Notes: generated by a model not told the origin, from the letters alone. A stretch of DNA of 64,000 nt from the human T2T-CHM13v2.0 reference genome, Homo sapiens (GCF_009914755.1 NC_060947.1), one strand, 5' to 3'; positions 1 to 15,744 are shown, counted from the stretch's first letter. A program made the numbers and translations.

Positions 1-1189
1 TTCATTCCTTTTAAATATATATGACAGAATTCTGAATTTCTTCTCTGTTTAGTTTTGAATTTCTTTGCATTTCCTCAATATAGCTATTTTGAATTCTCTG
101 TCTGAAAGGCCATACATCTGTTTTTTTCCAGGATTAGTCCCTGGTGCCTTATTTAGTTCATATGGTTAGGTCATGTTTTCTCATATTACCTTGATGCTTG
201 TAGATGTCCGTTGGTGTCTAGGCATTGAAGAGTTAGGTATTTATTGTATTCTTCACAATCTGGGCTTGTTTTTACCTGTCTTCTTTGGGAAGGGTATTCA
301 GGTATTTGAAGGGACTTGGGCCCCAAGGCCAATATTGCTGTGCTTTTTGCAGACTCGTAGAGGTATCATCTTGATGGTCTGGTATAAGATCTGGAAGAAT
401 TCTCTGGATTACCAGGCAGAGGTTCTTTTTTTATTTCCCCCTTACTTTCTCCCAAACAAACCGAGTCTCTCTGTGTTGGGTCACCTGAAACAGGGGCTTT
501 GATGATGCAAGCCCCTCTGTGGCCACCACCACTGGGACTGTGCTGGGACAGACAGGACCTTGGGCTTTGCCTGAGATGCTTCCCTTCTGGAAAGCAAGTT
601 CACCCAGGCCCCAGGCATTTCTAGAGATGCTGTCTGGGGGCCAGAATTTGGAGTAAAATCCTTAGAAATTTACCTGATATTCTACTCTGTTGCATCTAAT
701 CTGGCACTCAAACTAAAATATTGAGTCATTCCTGCTCTTCCATTCCCTTTCCACAAGCATAAGACCCTTTCCCTGTGGCCACTACCAACACCAGTTCACA
801 GGGTGTTCTGCCAGCGAACCACCGATGTTCACCAAAAGCCTATGTGCTTTTTCATCAGCTTGTGATGAATGCTGCCTAACCTAGGACTCCCCCTTCAGGA
901 CAGTGGGTGTCTCTCTGTCCCAGGGAAGGTCCAGAAATGCTGTCCAAGAGCCTAGGCATGGACTTGAGGCCCCCTAGAGCCTCCTTATTGCTCTATCACA
1001 CTGTGGCTGAGCTGGTATCTAAGGTGCAAGACAAAGTTCCTTTTACTTTTCTCTCTGCTTTTCTCAAATAGAAGTCTTCCATGATAGACACCACAGCTGG
1101 GAATGTGCTGGTTAACCCCTGAAGCCAGCATGTCTCAGACCTGAAGGCCCATGCTGTACTCCCTAGATACTGCTGCTGGTCATTCAAGG
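1..1189 (-). mobile_element. Old L1 (L1MA/L1M1-2-like) ORF1 start and 5'UTR fragment
   Basis: Antisense L1 5' region, colinear with 3310-4575 (e.g. ctgtggctgagctggtatctaaggtgcaagacaaagt). Ends abruptly at ~1189. Confidence 0.75.
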
Positions 1190-4100
1190 CATTTACGTCT
1201 ATCAGTTTCCCTCTTACTGCTGCTTTCACTGAATCTCATAGATTTTGATATGTTGCGTTTTCATTATCAATTGTTTTGATAAATTCTTAAATTTCATTCT
1301 TAATTTCTTCATTGACCCACTGGTCATTCAGGAGAATATTGTTTAATTTTCATGACTTTGTATATTTTCTAAAATTCCTCTTGTTGTTGATTTGTAGTTT
1401 TATTTTATTGTGGTCAGAGATGATGCTTGATAGTATTTTAATTTTTTAAATCTTTTAAGACTTGTTTTGTGACCTAATGTATGGACGGTCCTTGAAAATC
1501 ATCCTTGTACTGAGAAGAAAAAATGTGAGTTCTTCAGCTATTGGATGCAATGTTCTGTAAATATCTATTAAATCTATTTGTTCTAGTACAGATTATGTCC
1601 AATGTTTCTTTGTTGATTTTCTATCTGGAAGATCTGTCCAGTGCTGACAGTGGAGTCTTGAAGTCTCCAGGTATTATTGTATTGAGGTCTATCTCTCTAT
1701 CTATATTAATATTGGATATATATATATTTGGAAGCTCCAGTGTTGGCTGCATATATGTTTTCAACTGTTATACCCTCTTGGTGAATTGACCCCTTTATCA
1801 TTATATAGTGACCTTCTTTGTGTGTTCTTACAGGTTTTGTCTTGAAATCTATTTTATCTGATGTAAGTATAGCTACTCCTGCTTTTATTTTGTTTCCATT
1901 TTCATAACATATCTTTTTCCAGCCATTTATTTTCAGTCTATGTGTATCTTTATAGGTAAATTGTGCTTCTTGTAGGCAACAGGTTATTGGGTTTTGTTTT
2001 TTTCATTCATTCAGCCAGTCTATGTCTTCTGATTGAAGACTTTAGTTCATTTACATTCAGTGTTGTTATTGATAAGTAAGGACTTAACTCCTGCCATTTT
2101 GTTATTTGTTTTCTGGTTGGTTTGTAATTTTTATCTTCCTTCTTTACTTTTTTCCTATTTTTTAGTGAAGGTAATTTTATCTATTCATATAATTTAATTT
2201 CATGCTTTTTAACTTTTTGTATATTCATTGTACCTTTTTATTTAAGGTTACCATGAGGCTTGCAAATACTCTTATAACCCATTATTTTAAACTAATGACA
2301 ACAGTGATTGCACAATGAAAAAACTAGTAAGTCAAATGAAAACTCTATTCTTTAACTTCATTCCCCTGCACAACTGTTTGTTTCTATTTATAACTTACTG
2401 TGCTATCTATATCTTGTAAAGTTGTTGTAGTTATAACTTTTGATTGGTTCCTTTTTTAGTCTTTCTACTTGAGTAGTTTGCACAATACAATTATGGTGTT
2501 CTACTATTGTGTGTTTTTCTGTATGCTTACTATCACCAGTGAGTTTACCTTCAAATGATTTCTTTTAATTAATGTCTATTCCTTTCAGATTGGATAACTT
2601 TCTTTAGCATTTCATGTGGAACATATATGTTGTTGATGAAATTCCTCCACTTTTGTTTTTCTGGAAAAGTATTTCCCCTTCATGCTTAAATGATATTTTC
2701 CCCAGATATACTACTCTAGGGTAATAGTTTTTTTCTTCAGCACTTTAAATATGTCATACCACTCTCTCCTGGCCTGTAAAATTTCCACCAAAAAATCTAC
2801 TGCCAGATGTATTGGAGCTCCCTTTTATGCTATTTGTTTGTTTTCTCTTGCTGCTTTTAAGATTCTTTCATCATCCTTGACTTTTGCAGATTTGATTATT
2901 AAATGCCTTGAGTCAGTCATCGTTGAGTTAAGTCTGCTTGGTGTGCTATAAACATTTTGTACTTGAATTTTGATGCCTTTCTTTAGGTAAGTTCTCTGAT
3001 TTTATCCTTTTGAATAAACTTTCTACTGCTATCTCTTTTTCTACCTCCTTTATAAGACTGATAATTCTTAGATTTGCCGTTTTCAGACTATTTTCTCAGT
3101 CTTGAATGAATACTTCATTGTTTTTTATTCTTTTGTCTCTTCTGTCTGTGTTTTCAAATAGCCTGTAATCAAGCTCACTAATTATTTCTTCTCCTTGATC
3201 AATTTTGCTATTAAGACACTGATGCATTCTTATGTCAATTGCATTTTCCATCTCTAGAATTTCACCTTGATTATTTTTTAATTATTTTGATCTCTTTGTT
3301 AAATTTATCAGATGGAATTCTAAATTCCTTCTCTGTGTGATCTTGAATTTCTTTGAGTTTCCACAAAGCAGCCATTTTGAATTGTCTGTCTCAAATGTGG
3401 TCTCAAATCTATCTCAGTCTCCAGGATTGGTCCCTGGTGCCCAATGTAGTTAGTTTGATGAAGTCATGCGTTGCTGTATGGTCTTCATATTTGTGATGTT
3501 TGTTAGTGTCTAGACATGGAAGAGCTATTCCAGTCTTCATAGTCTGCGTTTGTTTGTGCCCATCTTTTTTGGGAAGTCTTTCCAGGTATTCACAGAGACT
3601 TGGGCCTCAAACTGAATGATGCTGTGGTTCTGACATACTCTTAGAGGCACTACCTTAGTGGTCTTGGGTAAGATCCAGAAGAATTATCTATATTAATAAG
3701 CAGAGACTCTTGTTCTCTTCCCTTACTTTCTCCAAACTAATGGAGTCTCATTCTGTGTGCTGAGCCACGTGGAGCTTGGGTTCGGGTGTTGAAAGCACCC
3801 CTGTGGCCACCACTACTGGGGCTATTCTGGGTCAGACCTGAAGCCAGCATGGCACTGATTCTTACTTAAGGCCTACTATAACCACTCCCTGGCTACTGCC
3901 TATGCTTGCTCAAGGCTCTAGGGCTCAACAGTGAGAAGGTGAGGAAGCCAGTCAGATTTATGTCCTTCACTTCATGGTGGCAAGTTTTCCCTAGCCTTGG
4001 GTGGGTCCAGAGATGCTTCTTAGAGCCAGAGATTTGTGTTAAGAACCTTAGAAATCTAAGTATTCTATTCTATTGCACCTAAGCTGGCCCCTCAAACCAC

Positions 4101-5490
4101 AAGACAAAGTTCATCCTACACCTCTCTGTCCTTTCTATGGGAAGAAGAACCTCTCCCATTGGCCACCACTGCCACCAGCCCATGGGGAGTTCTGCCAGGC
4201 CACTGCTGATGCTCACTTAAAACCAAGGGCTCTTCAGTCAGCTTGTGGTGAATCCTGCCAGGCCTGGTACTCACCCTATCAGGCAGTGGGCTCCCCTGTA
4301 GCCCAGGTCAGGTCCAGTAATTCTGTCCAAGAGCATAGACCTATACTTGGGGGGGACCCCAGGAACTTGCTTGGCTCGGCCCCCCTACTGTGGCTTAGCT
4401 GGTGCCTAAGGTGCAAGACAAAGTCCCCTTTACTTTTCACTCTGTTTTTCTCAAGCAGAAGGAGTCTGTCACTGTAGTCAACACAGCTGAGCATGTGCTC
4501 ATTGACACTTTTAATCCAACATATCTTAGAGTCTCACCCAAGTCCCATGGCATACTACCTGCATATTGCTATTGCTTATTCAGGACCCAAGGGCTCTTTA
4601 TTCAGAAGATGAAGAATCCTGCCAAAACTGGGTCCTTCCTTTCAAGGCACTGGGTTCCCTTTTGGCCCATGGTGTGTCTAGAAACTATCTGGGAACTAGC
4701 AGCTGGAATGGGAACCTCATGACTCTGTCCAGTGCCCTGTCCAACTGTGGCTGAGCTGGCTTCTGAGATGCAAAAACAGTCCTCTTTTCTTTTTTCACTA
4801 CTCTCCTTAAGAAGAAAAAAGGCATTACTTTTGTTGCTGTGAGCTGTGCTGTCTGGGGTTGGGGGAGGGGTAGTGCAAGAACTCCCTTTGCCCTGCTAGC
4901 TTATGTCTCCCTAGGTCATGTGCCATTCGAATCCACTGGCACTACACCCAGCCTAGCACTACTAGTTGCCTAGGAATTGCAGTCTTTGTGTCCTAGACTG
5001 CCTTTCAAGTTTACCTAGAAGCCCAGAGCGCTTCAGCCCAGGGGGGCGGGGCCTGCTGAGAAACTCTAGTTCTCAATACTGGGATGAGTGATTCCTCTCT
5101 TGTTAGGGCTGGTCCAAATGTTTCCTCCATGCATGGGTGCTGGCTGAGCCCACCATGGCTTCATTCTCCACTGTGACAGGGCAGCACTGAGATCAATGTA
5201 AAGTGTCGCAGTCACTGTGTTCTCTCTTTTCAAATTGCACAGATTCTCTATTCCAGCTGCAGGACCTCTGCTGGACAATGGTAAGAGGTGGTGTTCGTGA
5301 CTCAAGACCGTCTCTCTGACCTTCTTTAATGCCTCTTTTGTCAATATGAAATTAAACCCAGGTACTCTGTTTGCTCATCTGATTTTTCTTTCTTGTGATG
5401 GTGCTTTTCTGTGTGCAGAGAGTTGTTAAAATTTGGTGTTCCAGGAGCGGGTATGAATGTTGCAGGCTTCTATTCCACTGACACCATAAT
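1187..5490 (-). mobile_element. Old L1 (L1MA/L1M1-2-like): ORF2 5' part, ORF1 and 5'UTR with ~330-bp monomers
   Basis: Antisense ORF2 endonuclease-region text (ttcattgacccactggtcattcaggag...), antisense ORF1, and repeated monomer motifs at ~4072, ~4388 and ~4745. Confidence 0.8.
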
Positions 5491-5499
5491 GGAGTGCTC

Positions 5500-6060
5500 C
5501 ATTACCACATGGCATTGTTCAAAGTTCCAGCTTATCATTAGTTCTCTGACATCACTCTGGTGGAGGAAATGGTGGGGAAGTTTTCTCCTTACAGCAGGGC
5601 AAATGTCGAAGTCTAGGTTCTCCACTCTTTTTTTTTTTTTTTTTTTTTATGAAGTAGGAGTGAAACTTACTTTTCTGTGTTGTTTGACTATAGTAAGATT
5701 GTTATTGTCTCAAAGTTGTCTCTTATTAAGCTTCTTTTTTCTGGTCCTTTAGCTAGTAAGAACAAGCATTTGTTGGGATTTTTTTTTTTTTTTTTTGCCT
5801 GCACACACTGCTGTTCCTAAATTGTTGTATTCTTTAGAACCCAGTCTGGGATGTTCGGGGTAAAAAAAAGTGAGGTACATCACCATAGTGTTGTCTTTTG
5901 GACTCCTTGTATGCTAGCTGCTTTACATTCCTCTCTTACCCTTTAAAAATTGTCTCATGTTGTTTTATAAATATATTAATATTATCCAGGTTTTAGTAAC
6001 TGTACATATTATGAGGAATAAATATTGTTTCTGGTCCATCTTTTCTACAACCAGTGCTCT
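5500..6060 (-). mobile_element. Ancient L1M (L1MC/L1M4-type) 5' end fragment
   Basis: Resembles the reverse complement of the L1M 5' region at 32540-32800. Confidence 0.45.
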
Positions 6061-6921
6061 CAAAATCTCCATTTTAAAAAAATGCAAGACTAAACTCAAT
6101 CGCAACAAAGATTACTGTGTTTATTTAACATATTCTTCCTTTCATTTCCAAATATATGCACTAAAAAGTGTTGTATTCCTGAATAAACAAATTATCTCTG
6201 AGAAAAAGTTATCTTTAATCTACTATAGTAACACTTAGAAAATTGCTTGCCCAATTCATCAGATTGCTGCTGGAAAAACATTAATTTTCTTTTAAGCTTT
6301 CTAATTTACTCTTTAGAATTAACTTAGACTGTAAGACGCTCTGATTGAATAAAAATGAAAGTGATGTGGCTAAAGGTAAATTGTAAGTTTGCTCGCAGGC
6401 TAACTGTTCTGTGGCAATTTTTTTTTCTTGCTGTAGTTTATTTAAGAAGTGGGAAAAAGCTTAGGAAAAATTACTAAAATCAAGTTAAGTTCATACTGAA
6501 ATATTTCAAAACAAGTCAGGAGATAGTGCTGGTTATTATTGTTGATATTAACTCCAAAATATTCAGCATGCAAAAAAAGTACAATGCAATGGATTCTAGC
6601 GTTAATTTTGACACTCACAAGCCACATGACTTTTATTTATGTAATTTTAAATTGGAGTAATGTGTGGCTGCTTCACAAAACTGTTGTGAAGAATGAGCAA
6701 TATATATTTTAATCTCTCTGAATAGTAAAATTTCAACAGAAATGCAAATATGTATAAAATAAATATAACAATACTTTTTCAATCACAATTTCATCTTTGT
6801 TGTGTCCATCAGACCTACAATTAATACAATGTAAAAGAAAAATGGGCTCAATCATACTGCACACACCATTCTGCTATGTATTTTTTTAACTTACCAATGT
6901 GACCATATTTCCATTTCCTTC

Positions 6922-6995
6922 TTTCTCTCTCTCTCTATATATATATACACATACACACACACATACATATATACATACATACATACATGCACAGA
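6922..6995. repeat. Compound microsatellite (TC)n(TA)n(CA)n(TACA)n
   Basis: Read directly from the sequence. Confidence 0.9.
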
Positions 6996-7570
6996 CACCA
7001 TCACTGATAAATTATTAGTTATTGAGTTAATACCATATTGGTGGACTTTTAGGTTGTTTCTGTATTTTAATATCATAAACTACTACTTAATATTATTAAA
7101 GCCATACTCAGTTCCCTGAACCTAATAGTGTGTTTCCTAAAGACTAGCTGATGTTTAACTAGCTTATTCATATTAACAAAAGTTTCTCTAACTTTTCATG
7201 GTTTCATTATTTACCAGAATTACTTATTTGTAAAAAATTATCTTTTATTCTCAATTGCCACATAGAAGAGCATCCACTTCAAAAAAGGCCTTGGATGTCT
7301 CTATTTCCTCTACCATTCCAACTACTTTCTTTTGTATCTTCTGTTTATATGTAAACCTAAGTTGAAATTTTTGGAGGTTCAGGATGATCACTAATCAAAT
7401 ATTGTATGATTCTAACATGTCGTAGGTGTTCATTAATTTTCACTGAACAAAACTTGGCTATTATTTGAATGCCTAATGTATTTATAATACTATCCAAGTG
7501 ATCTCAGTAAATACAGAGATCTAAAATTTACTCCACTCTCTTATCCCCACAGTACTAACATATTAGTTGA

Positions 7571-7815
7571 AATAATAGCTAATAGCTAACATTGAAAATC
7601 CACTATGTTTCTGTCACTGTTTTAAGTATTTTCTATACATTAACGATTTTAATATTCTCAACCATGCCATGAGGTAGAGTCTATTATTATTTTCATCTTA
7701 TGAATGAAGACACCAAAGCACAGATAAATTAGGTGATATGACTGAGATCACACAGCTGGTGGATATCAGAGATAACATTTAGACCCATAAAATTTGACTT
7801 TAGAGCTTGTGTTTC
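7571..7815 (-). mobile_element. MIR SINE
   Basis: aataatagctaac...cttatgaatgaagacaccaaagcacag...gatcacacagctgg matches the antisense MIR core. Confidence 0.75.
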
Positions 7816-8211
7816 TGTCTTTATTGTTTTTTTACTATGGTGCAAGATATGTGCACATAGATTAATCATTTACTGCCTTGATTTTGCTGTAAGTGTATTC
7901 AGAAAAGCATTTAACAAGCTTGAAAATGATAAGACTGAAAATGATTGAGAAATATGCTTGGGATGACAGTACAAAAGTTTGTTTTCTTTTTTTTTATTTT
8001 ATTATTATTATACTTTAAGTTTTAGGGTACATGTGCACAATGTGCAGGTTAGTTACATACATATACATGTGCCATGCTGGTGTGCTGCACCCATTAACTC
8101 GTCATTTAGCATTAGGTATATCTCCTAATGCTATCACTCCCCCCTCCCCCCACCCCACAACAGTCCCCAGAGTGTGATGTTCCCCTTTCTGTGTCCATGT
8201 GTTCTCATTGT

Positions 8212-10016
<1,805 letters not shown>

Positions 10017-10269
10017 TCTGGCAAAGGGCTAATATCCAGAATCTACAATGAACTCAAACAAATTTACAAGAAAAAAACAAACAACCCCATCAAAAAGTGG
10101 GCGAAGGACATGGACAGACACTTCTCAAAAGTTTATTTTCTTAATGGCTTTTCAACCAGACTTACACTATATTCATTAAGAAATTTCTATCAACCAGAAG
10201 GTATGTTTTTCAAGATCTCTTTTTGCCCCCATCCTCTTAAATGTTTTTAATCAATCATAAAAAGAAGAC

Positions 10270-11180
10270 AATACGTAGTTATCCAACCTGCTGATGGCAC
10301 AAAACTAGAAGAAACAATAAACATACCAGTAATAAGAACCAAAATTGCAAATAATTGCAGTTTTATAATCTTAAAAATTTATAATTTATATGGCTTAGAA
10401 TTTTATTTTTCAATTTGAAATTTCTAACATATCATTAAATATTCAGATTTCATCACTGAACATGTGTTTATTGTATGCATACATTAAAAAAAGTAAGAAG
10501 GTGCTTGACATCATTATTTATTTATTGAACAACAAAAAATATCTCAGAAGTCATATGTGTTAGTGCATTATTACACTGCTATAAAGAACTGCCCAATACA
10601 GGGTAATTTATAAAGAAAAGAGGTTTAATTGACTTGCAGTTTGGCATGGCTTGGGAGGCCTCAGGAAACTTAAAATGGCAGAAGGTGAAGGGGAAGCAAG
10701 GCACCTTCTTCACAAGGTGGCAGGAAGTAGAAGTGCCAAAGATGGTCAATCTACAAATGTAGGTGTACTTGTGTGAAAGCAGATCTATGAACAAACTGTA
10801 GCCATTCATTTAGGGACAATCCACTTAGAAATGAGAAGTGAAAATCCAATGCTTTCTACAGTGGTGAGTCTACCATACTAAAATTTCAGTTTATGTTTGT
10901 CTCTGATTTTAGTTTCCCTTCTACCACAGGGTAAATTCTATATTACTTATTATTTCTGTTTGCCCATAGTATCTGTGATCTCATGAACTTTTTAAGTGGT
11001 TGGTAACAAGATATGGAACAAGAACCATGGATAAAATTTTCAGAAATGCTCACTTTAATATGGGAAGTACCTCTTAGGCTGTACAAAGATGAAATTGACT
11101 GTCTCACAATGTGGTAAGTTCCTTATGACTGACAGGGTTCTAATGTAAATTGGATGACCAAATTTAAGAACATTTGTAGA
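10270..11180 (+). mobile_element. L3/CR1 LINE remnants, interrupted by a THE1 LTR fragment
   Basis: ~10285 translates to a degenerate FADDTKL-like motif (PADGTKLEE). ~11030-11165 resembles the L3 3' end (gtggtaagttccttatgactg...tggatgacc). Confidence 0.5.
10556..10740 (-). mobile_element. THE1D-like MaLR LTR fragment
   Basis: tgtgttag...ctataaagaactgccc...gggaggcctcaggaaactta...gcaccttcttcacaaggtggcagg. Confidence 0.85.
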
Positions 11181-11228
11181 AATTACATAATCACTAAATT
11201 GATTTTTTAAACTATATGACTATATGGC

Positions 11229-11592
11229 TTTTTAAAAATGTGTATAAATTTGAGGAATATAGGTGCAGTTTTGTTACATGGATATAGCATAGTGGTGAAG
11301 TCTGAGCTTTTAGTGTAACCATCACCTGAATAATATACATTTTACCCCATAAGTAATTTCTCATCCCTAAATCCCCTTCCACCCTCTCAACCCTCCAAGT
11401 CTCTAATATCCATTGTTCCACACTCTGTGTCCATGTGTACACACTATTTAGCTCCCACTTATAAGTGAGAATGTGAAGTATTTGACTGTCTGTTTCTGAG
11501 TATTTTCATTCAATATAATGGCCTCAAATTCCATCCATGTTGATGCAAAAGTCATAATTTCATTATTTTTATGGCTGAATAGTATTCTAATA
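11229..11592 (-). mobile_element. L1MA (L1MA3/4-like) 3' end
   Basis: gtggtgaagtctgagcttttagtgtaaccatcacc and tttagctcccacttataagtgagaa. Confidence 0.8.
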
Positions 11593-11775
11593 CTATATAT
11601 ATGTGTAATGTAGAGTGTACAGATACTATACTGTAGTGTGTATATAGTATATACTGTATCTATATACCATACTATATATACTATACTGTACATAGTATAC
11701 ATAGTGCGTATATATATACATATATACACACACACACTATACTATAGTATATATATACCATTTGTGGTATATATG
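11593..11775. repeat. TA-rich low-complexity tract
   Basis: Degenerate (TA)n / TATAC / TATAG units. Confidence 0.85.
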
Positions 11776-14106
11776 TGATATGGTTTGACTGTGTCCCCAT
11801 GCAAATCTCATATTAAATTGTAATTCCCACGGTCCCTACATGTCATGAGTGGGATCCTGTGGGAGGTAATTCAGTCATGGGGGGTGTTTCTCCCATGTTG
11901 TTCTCATGATAGTGAGTAAGAGTTCATGAGATATGATGGTTTTATAAGGGGCTTCCCCCTTTGCTCAGCTCTTATTCTTCTCCTTTCTGCCACCATGTGA
12001 ACAAGGGCATGTTTGCTTCCCCTCTGCCATTATTGTAAACTTCTTGAGGGCTCCCCAGTCATGCTGAACTGTGAGTAAATTAAACCTTTTTTCTTTATAA
12101 TTGCCCAGTCTCAGGCAGTTCTTTGTAGTAGCATGAGAATTAACTAATACGGTAAATTAGTACAATACAGGGTGAGGTGCTGCTATAAAGATACTTAAAC
12201 ATGTGGAAGTAACTTTGGAACTGGGTAATAGGTAGAGGTTGGAACAGTTTGGAGGGCTCAGAAGAAGATGGGAAAATGTAGGAAAGTTTGGAACATCCTA
12301 GAGATTTGTAGGGCTCAAAAGACAGAAAGGTGGGAATTTTTTTAACTTCCTAGAGACTTGTTGAATGGCTTTGACCAAAATGCTGACAGTGATATGGACA
12401 ATGAAGTCCAGCCCGGAGTGGTCTCAGATGAAGATCAGAAACTTTGTGGGAACTTGAGTAAAGGTCGCTCTTGCTATGCTTTAGTGAAGAGACCAGTGAC
12501 TTTTTGCCCCTGCACTTGAGATCTGTGGAACTTTGAGAGATATAATTTAGGGTAGCTGGTGGAAGAAATTTCTTAAGCAGCAAAGCATTCAAGAGGTGAC
12601 AGAGTGTAAAGGTTTAAAAAATTTGCAGCCTGATGATGCAGTAGAAAAGAAAACCTATTTTCTGGGCAGAAATTGAAGCCTGTTGCAGAAAGTTGCATAA
12701 GTAATGAGGATCCAAATGCTGACTGACAAGACAATGGGCACAATGCCTCCAGGGTGTGTCAGAGACCTTCATGGCAGCCCTTACCATCACAGGCCAGGAG
12801 GCCTAGGAGGGAAAAAAATGGTTTCCTGGGCCAGGTACCCCTGCTCTGTGCAGCCTCAGGACTTGGTGCCCTGCATCCCAGCTGCTACAGACCTGGCTAA
12901 AAGGGGCCAATGTACAGCTCATGCTGTTGCTTCAGAGGGTGCAAGCCGTCAGCCTTGGCAGCTTCCAAGTAGTGTTGAGCCTGTGTGTGCACAGAAGTCA
13001 AGAATTGAGGTTTGGGAACCTCCGCCTAGATTTTAGAGGAGATGGAAATGCCTGGATTTCCAGGCAAAGGTGTGCTGCAGTGGTGGAGCCCTCATGGAGA
13101 ACATCGGCTAGGGCAATGCAGAAGGGAAATGTGGGAATGGAACTCCCACACTGAGTCCCCAGTGGGCACTGCCTAGTGGAGCTGTGAGAAGAGGGCCACT
13201 GTCCTTCAGACCCCAGAATGGTAGATTCACCGACAGCTTTCACCATGAGCCTGGAAAAGCTGCAGACACTCAATGCCAGCCTATGAAAAGAGCCAGGAGG
13301 TGGACTGTCCCCTACAAAGCCACAGGCAGGGAGCTGCCCAAAGTCATGGGAGCCCATCTCTTGCAGCAGTGTGACCTGGATGTGAGACATGGAGTCAAAG
13401 GAGATCATTTTGGAACTTTAAGGTTTAATGAGTGACCTATTGGATTTCAGACTTGCATGAGGCCTGTAGCCCATTCATTTTGGCCAATTTCTTCCATTTG
13501 GAATGGCTGTATTTACCCAATGCATGTACCCCACTGCATCTAGGAAGTAACTAACTTGCTTTTGATTTTACAGGCTCATAGGTGGAAGGGACTTGCCTTG
13601 TTTCAGATGAGACTTTGGACTTGGACTTTTGAGTTAATGCTGGAATGAGTTAAGACTTTGCAGGACTGTTGGAAGGACATGAATGTGTTTTGAAATGTGA
13701 AGACATGAGATTTAGGAATGGCCACAGAGGAATTATATGGTTTGGCTGTGTCCCTACACAAATCTCATCTTGAATTGTAGTTCCCATAATCCCCACCTGT
13801 CATGGAATGAACCTGGTGAGAGGTAGTTGAATCATGGGTGGGGTTTCCCCCATGCTATTTTCATGATAGTAAGTAAGTTCTCACGGGATCTGATGGTTTT
13901 ATAAGGGGTTTACCCCTTCACTCAGCTCTCATTCTTCTCGTTGCCACCATGTGAAGAAGAACATGTTTGCTTCCCCTTCTGCCATGTTTGTGAGTTTCCC
14001 GAGGCCTCCCCAGCCCTGCAGAACTGTGAGACAATTAAACCTCTTTTCTTTATAAATTACTAGTCTTGGACAGTTCTTCATAGCGACATGAGAAGGGAAT
14101 AATACA
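11776..14106 (+). mobile_element. Full-length THE1 (THE1C/D) MaLR: LTR 11776-12151, internal 12152-13732, LTR 13733-14106
   Basis: Two homologous LTRs (tgatatggtttg...taataca) flank THE1-int. Perfect 5-bp TSD ATATG at 11771-11775 and 14107-14111. Confidence 0.95.
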
Positions 14107-14118
14107 ATATGTTTAATA

Positions 14119-14162
14119 TTAGGTAGGTGCAAATTTATTGTGGTTTTTGCCATTAAAAGTAA
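14119..14162. mobile_element. Half of a MADE1 mariner MITE
   Basis: ttaggtaggtgcaaatttattgtggtttttgccattaaaagtaa matches one MADE1 TIR plus spacer, preceded by TA. Confidence 0.8.
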
Positions 14163-14255
14163 CATATATATAGTATACATATAATAGTATATATATATTA
14201 TATGTACTATATATAGCACATATAGTATATATATTTTATATACTATATTATAGTA
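14163..14255. repeat. TA-rich low-complexity tract
   Basis: Read directly from the sequence. Confidence 0.8.
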
Positions 14256-15330
14256 AACAACAAGAAAAATAATTATTTGGAAAATCATAAATTTTGTTTA
14301 CTTGGAAATTGGATCTTTATCACAATCTGTTCTTTTTTTCGCTAAGAGTTCATGATAAAAAGTAAATAGTAAATGCTGTGCTGAAAAAAATCTCCATGTA
14401 TGTAATGTGAATTAATGGGGAAAAATGTCATGAAAAATACTCTCATTGATACAACTTATAAAACTAAGAAATGTTGATATTACTATTTGGAAAATGTGTG
14501 ATCATCGTAAATTATTAAAAATAAAATATTGTTACAAGAACATAAAATAGTTCGATTGTCACCCTAGATGATAGTGTTTTATCACCACCCTATCATAATG
14601 CAATATGAGTCTACAATGTTAGAAATGGGTCTCATGGAAAGGATATGAAATTTACCTATTGCTTTTAGAGTCCTTCTGAAAGCCCACTTCAAACATTATC
14701 CAGTAGTCTTAATAAACATTTTGAGATTCAAGATAATCTCCTCCCCCTCACCCCAGGGGAAAAAAGATTTTTCTTTTGGCTCCTTAATTCACCTTTGACA
14801 AAAATGTTTGAAAATTCCGTCGATCCTACTGGGGACCTTAGCCTTTTAAATAAATCTCTAAGCTACCTTTTCCACCTAGCTCAAACTTTCATTTCAGAGC
14901 ACATTTTTCTTGATGGCCCATTCATTGAGTTAAATTTACAAGAAATCAATTACAGAATCAAGGAAAGCTTCTTTCCATGCACTTATACAAAAGTTGACTA
15001 GAGTCACTCTGCTAGTAATCAAAGAACTATTGGTAGTGTACTTCATCCTTTAAGTACTTTCCAATATTCCTGATCCAGAAAAATGCATTCCTTCACCCCT
15101 GATTGCATTATTCTAGTGCTACTTTGTCTCTTTTCTCTAAGTTTACAACTTTTTGTTGTTGTTATGTTTTTTCTAGATTTTCTTCTTCATGCACCAAATT
15201 CTTTTCTTAATCACATTTCTACCCACTATCATATTAAAATAAATCTATGTAACATTATCTGTTACAATTTTTTGTACAATTAAAATAGAGTTTTCATTCT
15301 TTTCAAATCTAAAAAAAGCTCACTCTGTGT

Positions 15331-15353
15331 ACACACACACACACACACACACA
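15331..15353. repeat. (CA)n microsatellite
   Basis: Read directly from the sequence. Confidence 0.95.
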
Positions 15354-15744
15354 TATATAAAATGAGCATTGTATCACATTTAGAGTTTCTATATCATTTT
15401 AGATGAATTCATTCATAATTAATTTTATTTGGTTTACTTGTCAAATACTAAGTTTAAAAACTCCTCTGCATAGCATTTAACACTTATAAGACTTTGTAGT
15501 CAAGATGCTCACAACAAGAGAAACATAACCAAGTAAGTTCTAACAACTATAAAATACTGCTTTATCAAGATTTATTTCTGTACTAGTAAACTTTGTTTGC
15601 CACTTTCAACTATACCAAATAGCTTTTGGAAGAAGTATATTTATCTGAAGCTATCTAATAAAAAAAATCAAATTGTCAAATAGAGTTTGAACAGCTAATC
15701 TTTTTAATTTCCTTAACTTTTGTCATTTATTTTATACATTGAAT

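Noticed and set aside
12704-13435. Cluster of ORFs in THE1-int (similar ones at 38543-39090)
   Set aside because: Fragmented MaLR internal sequence with no intact long ORF.
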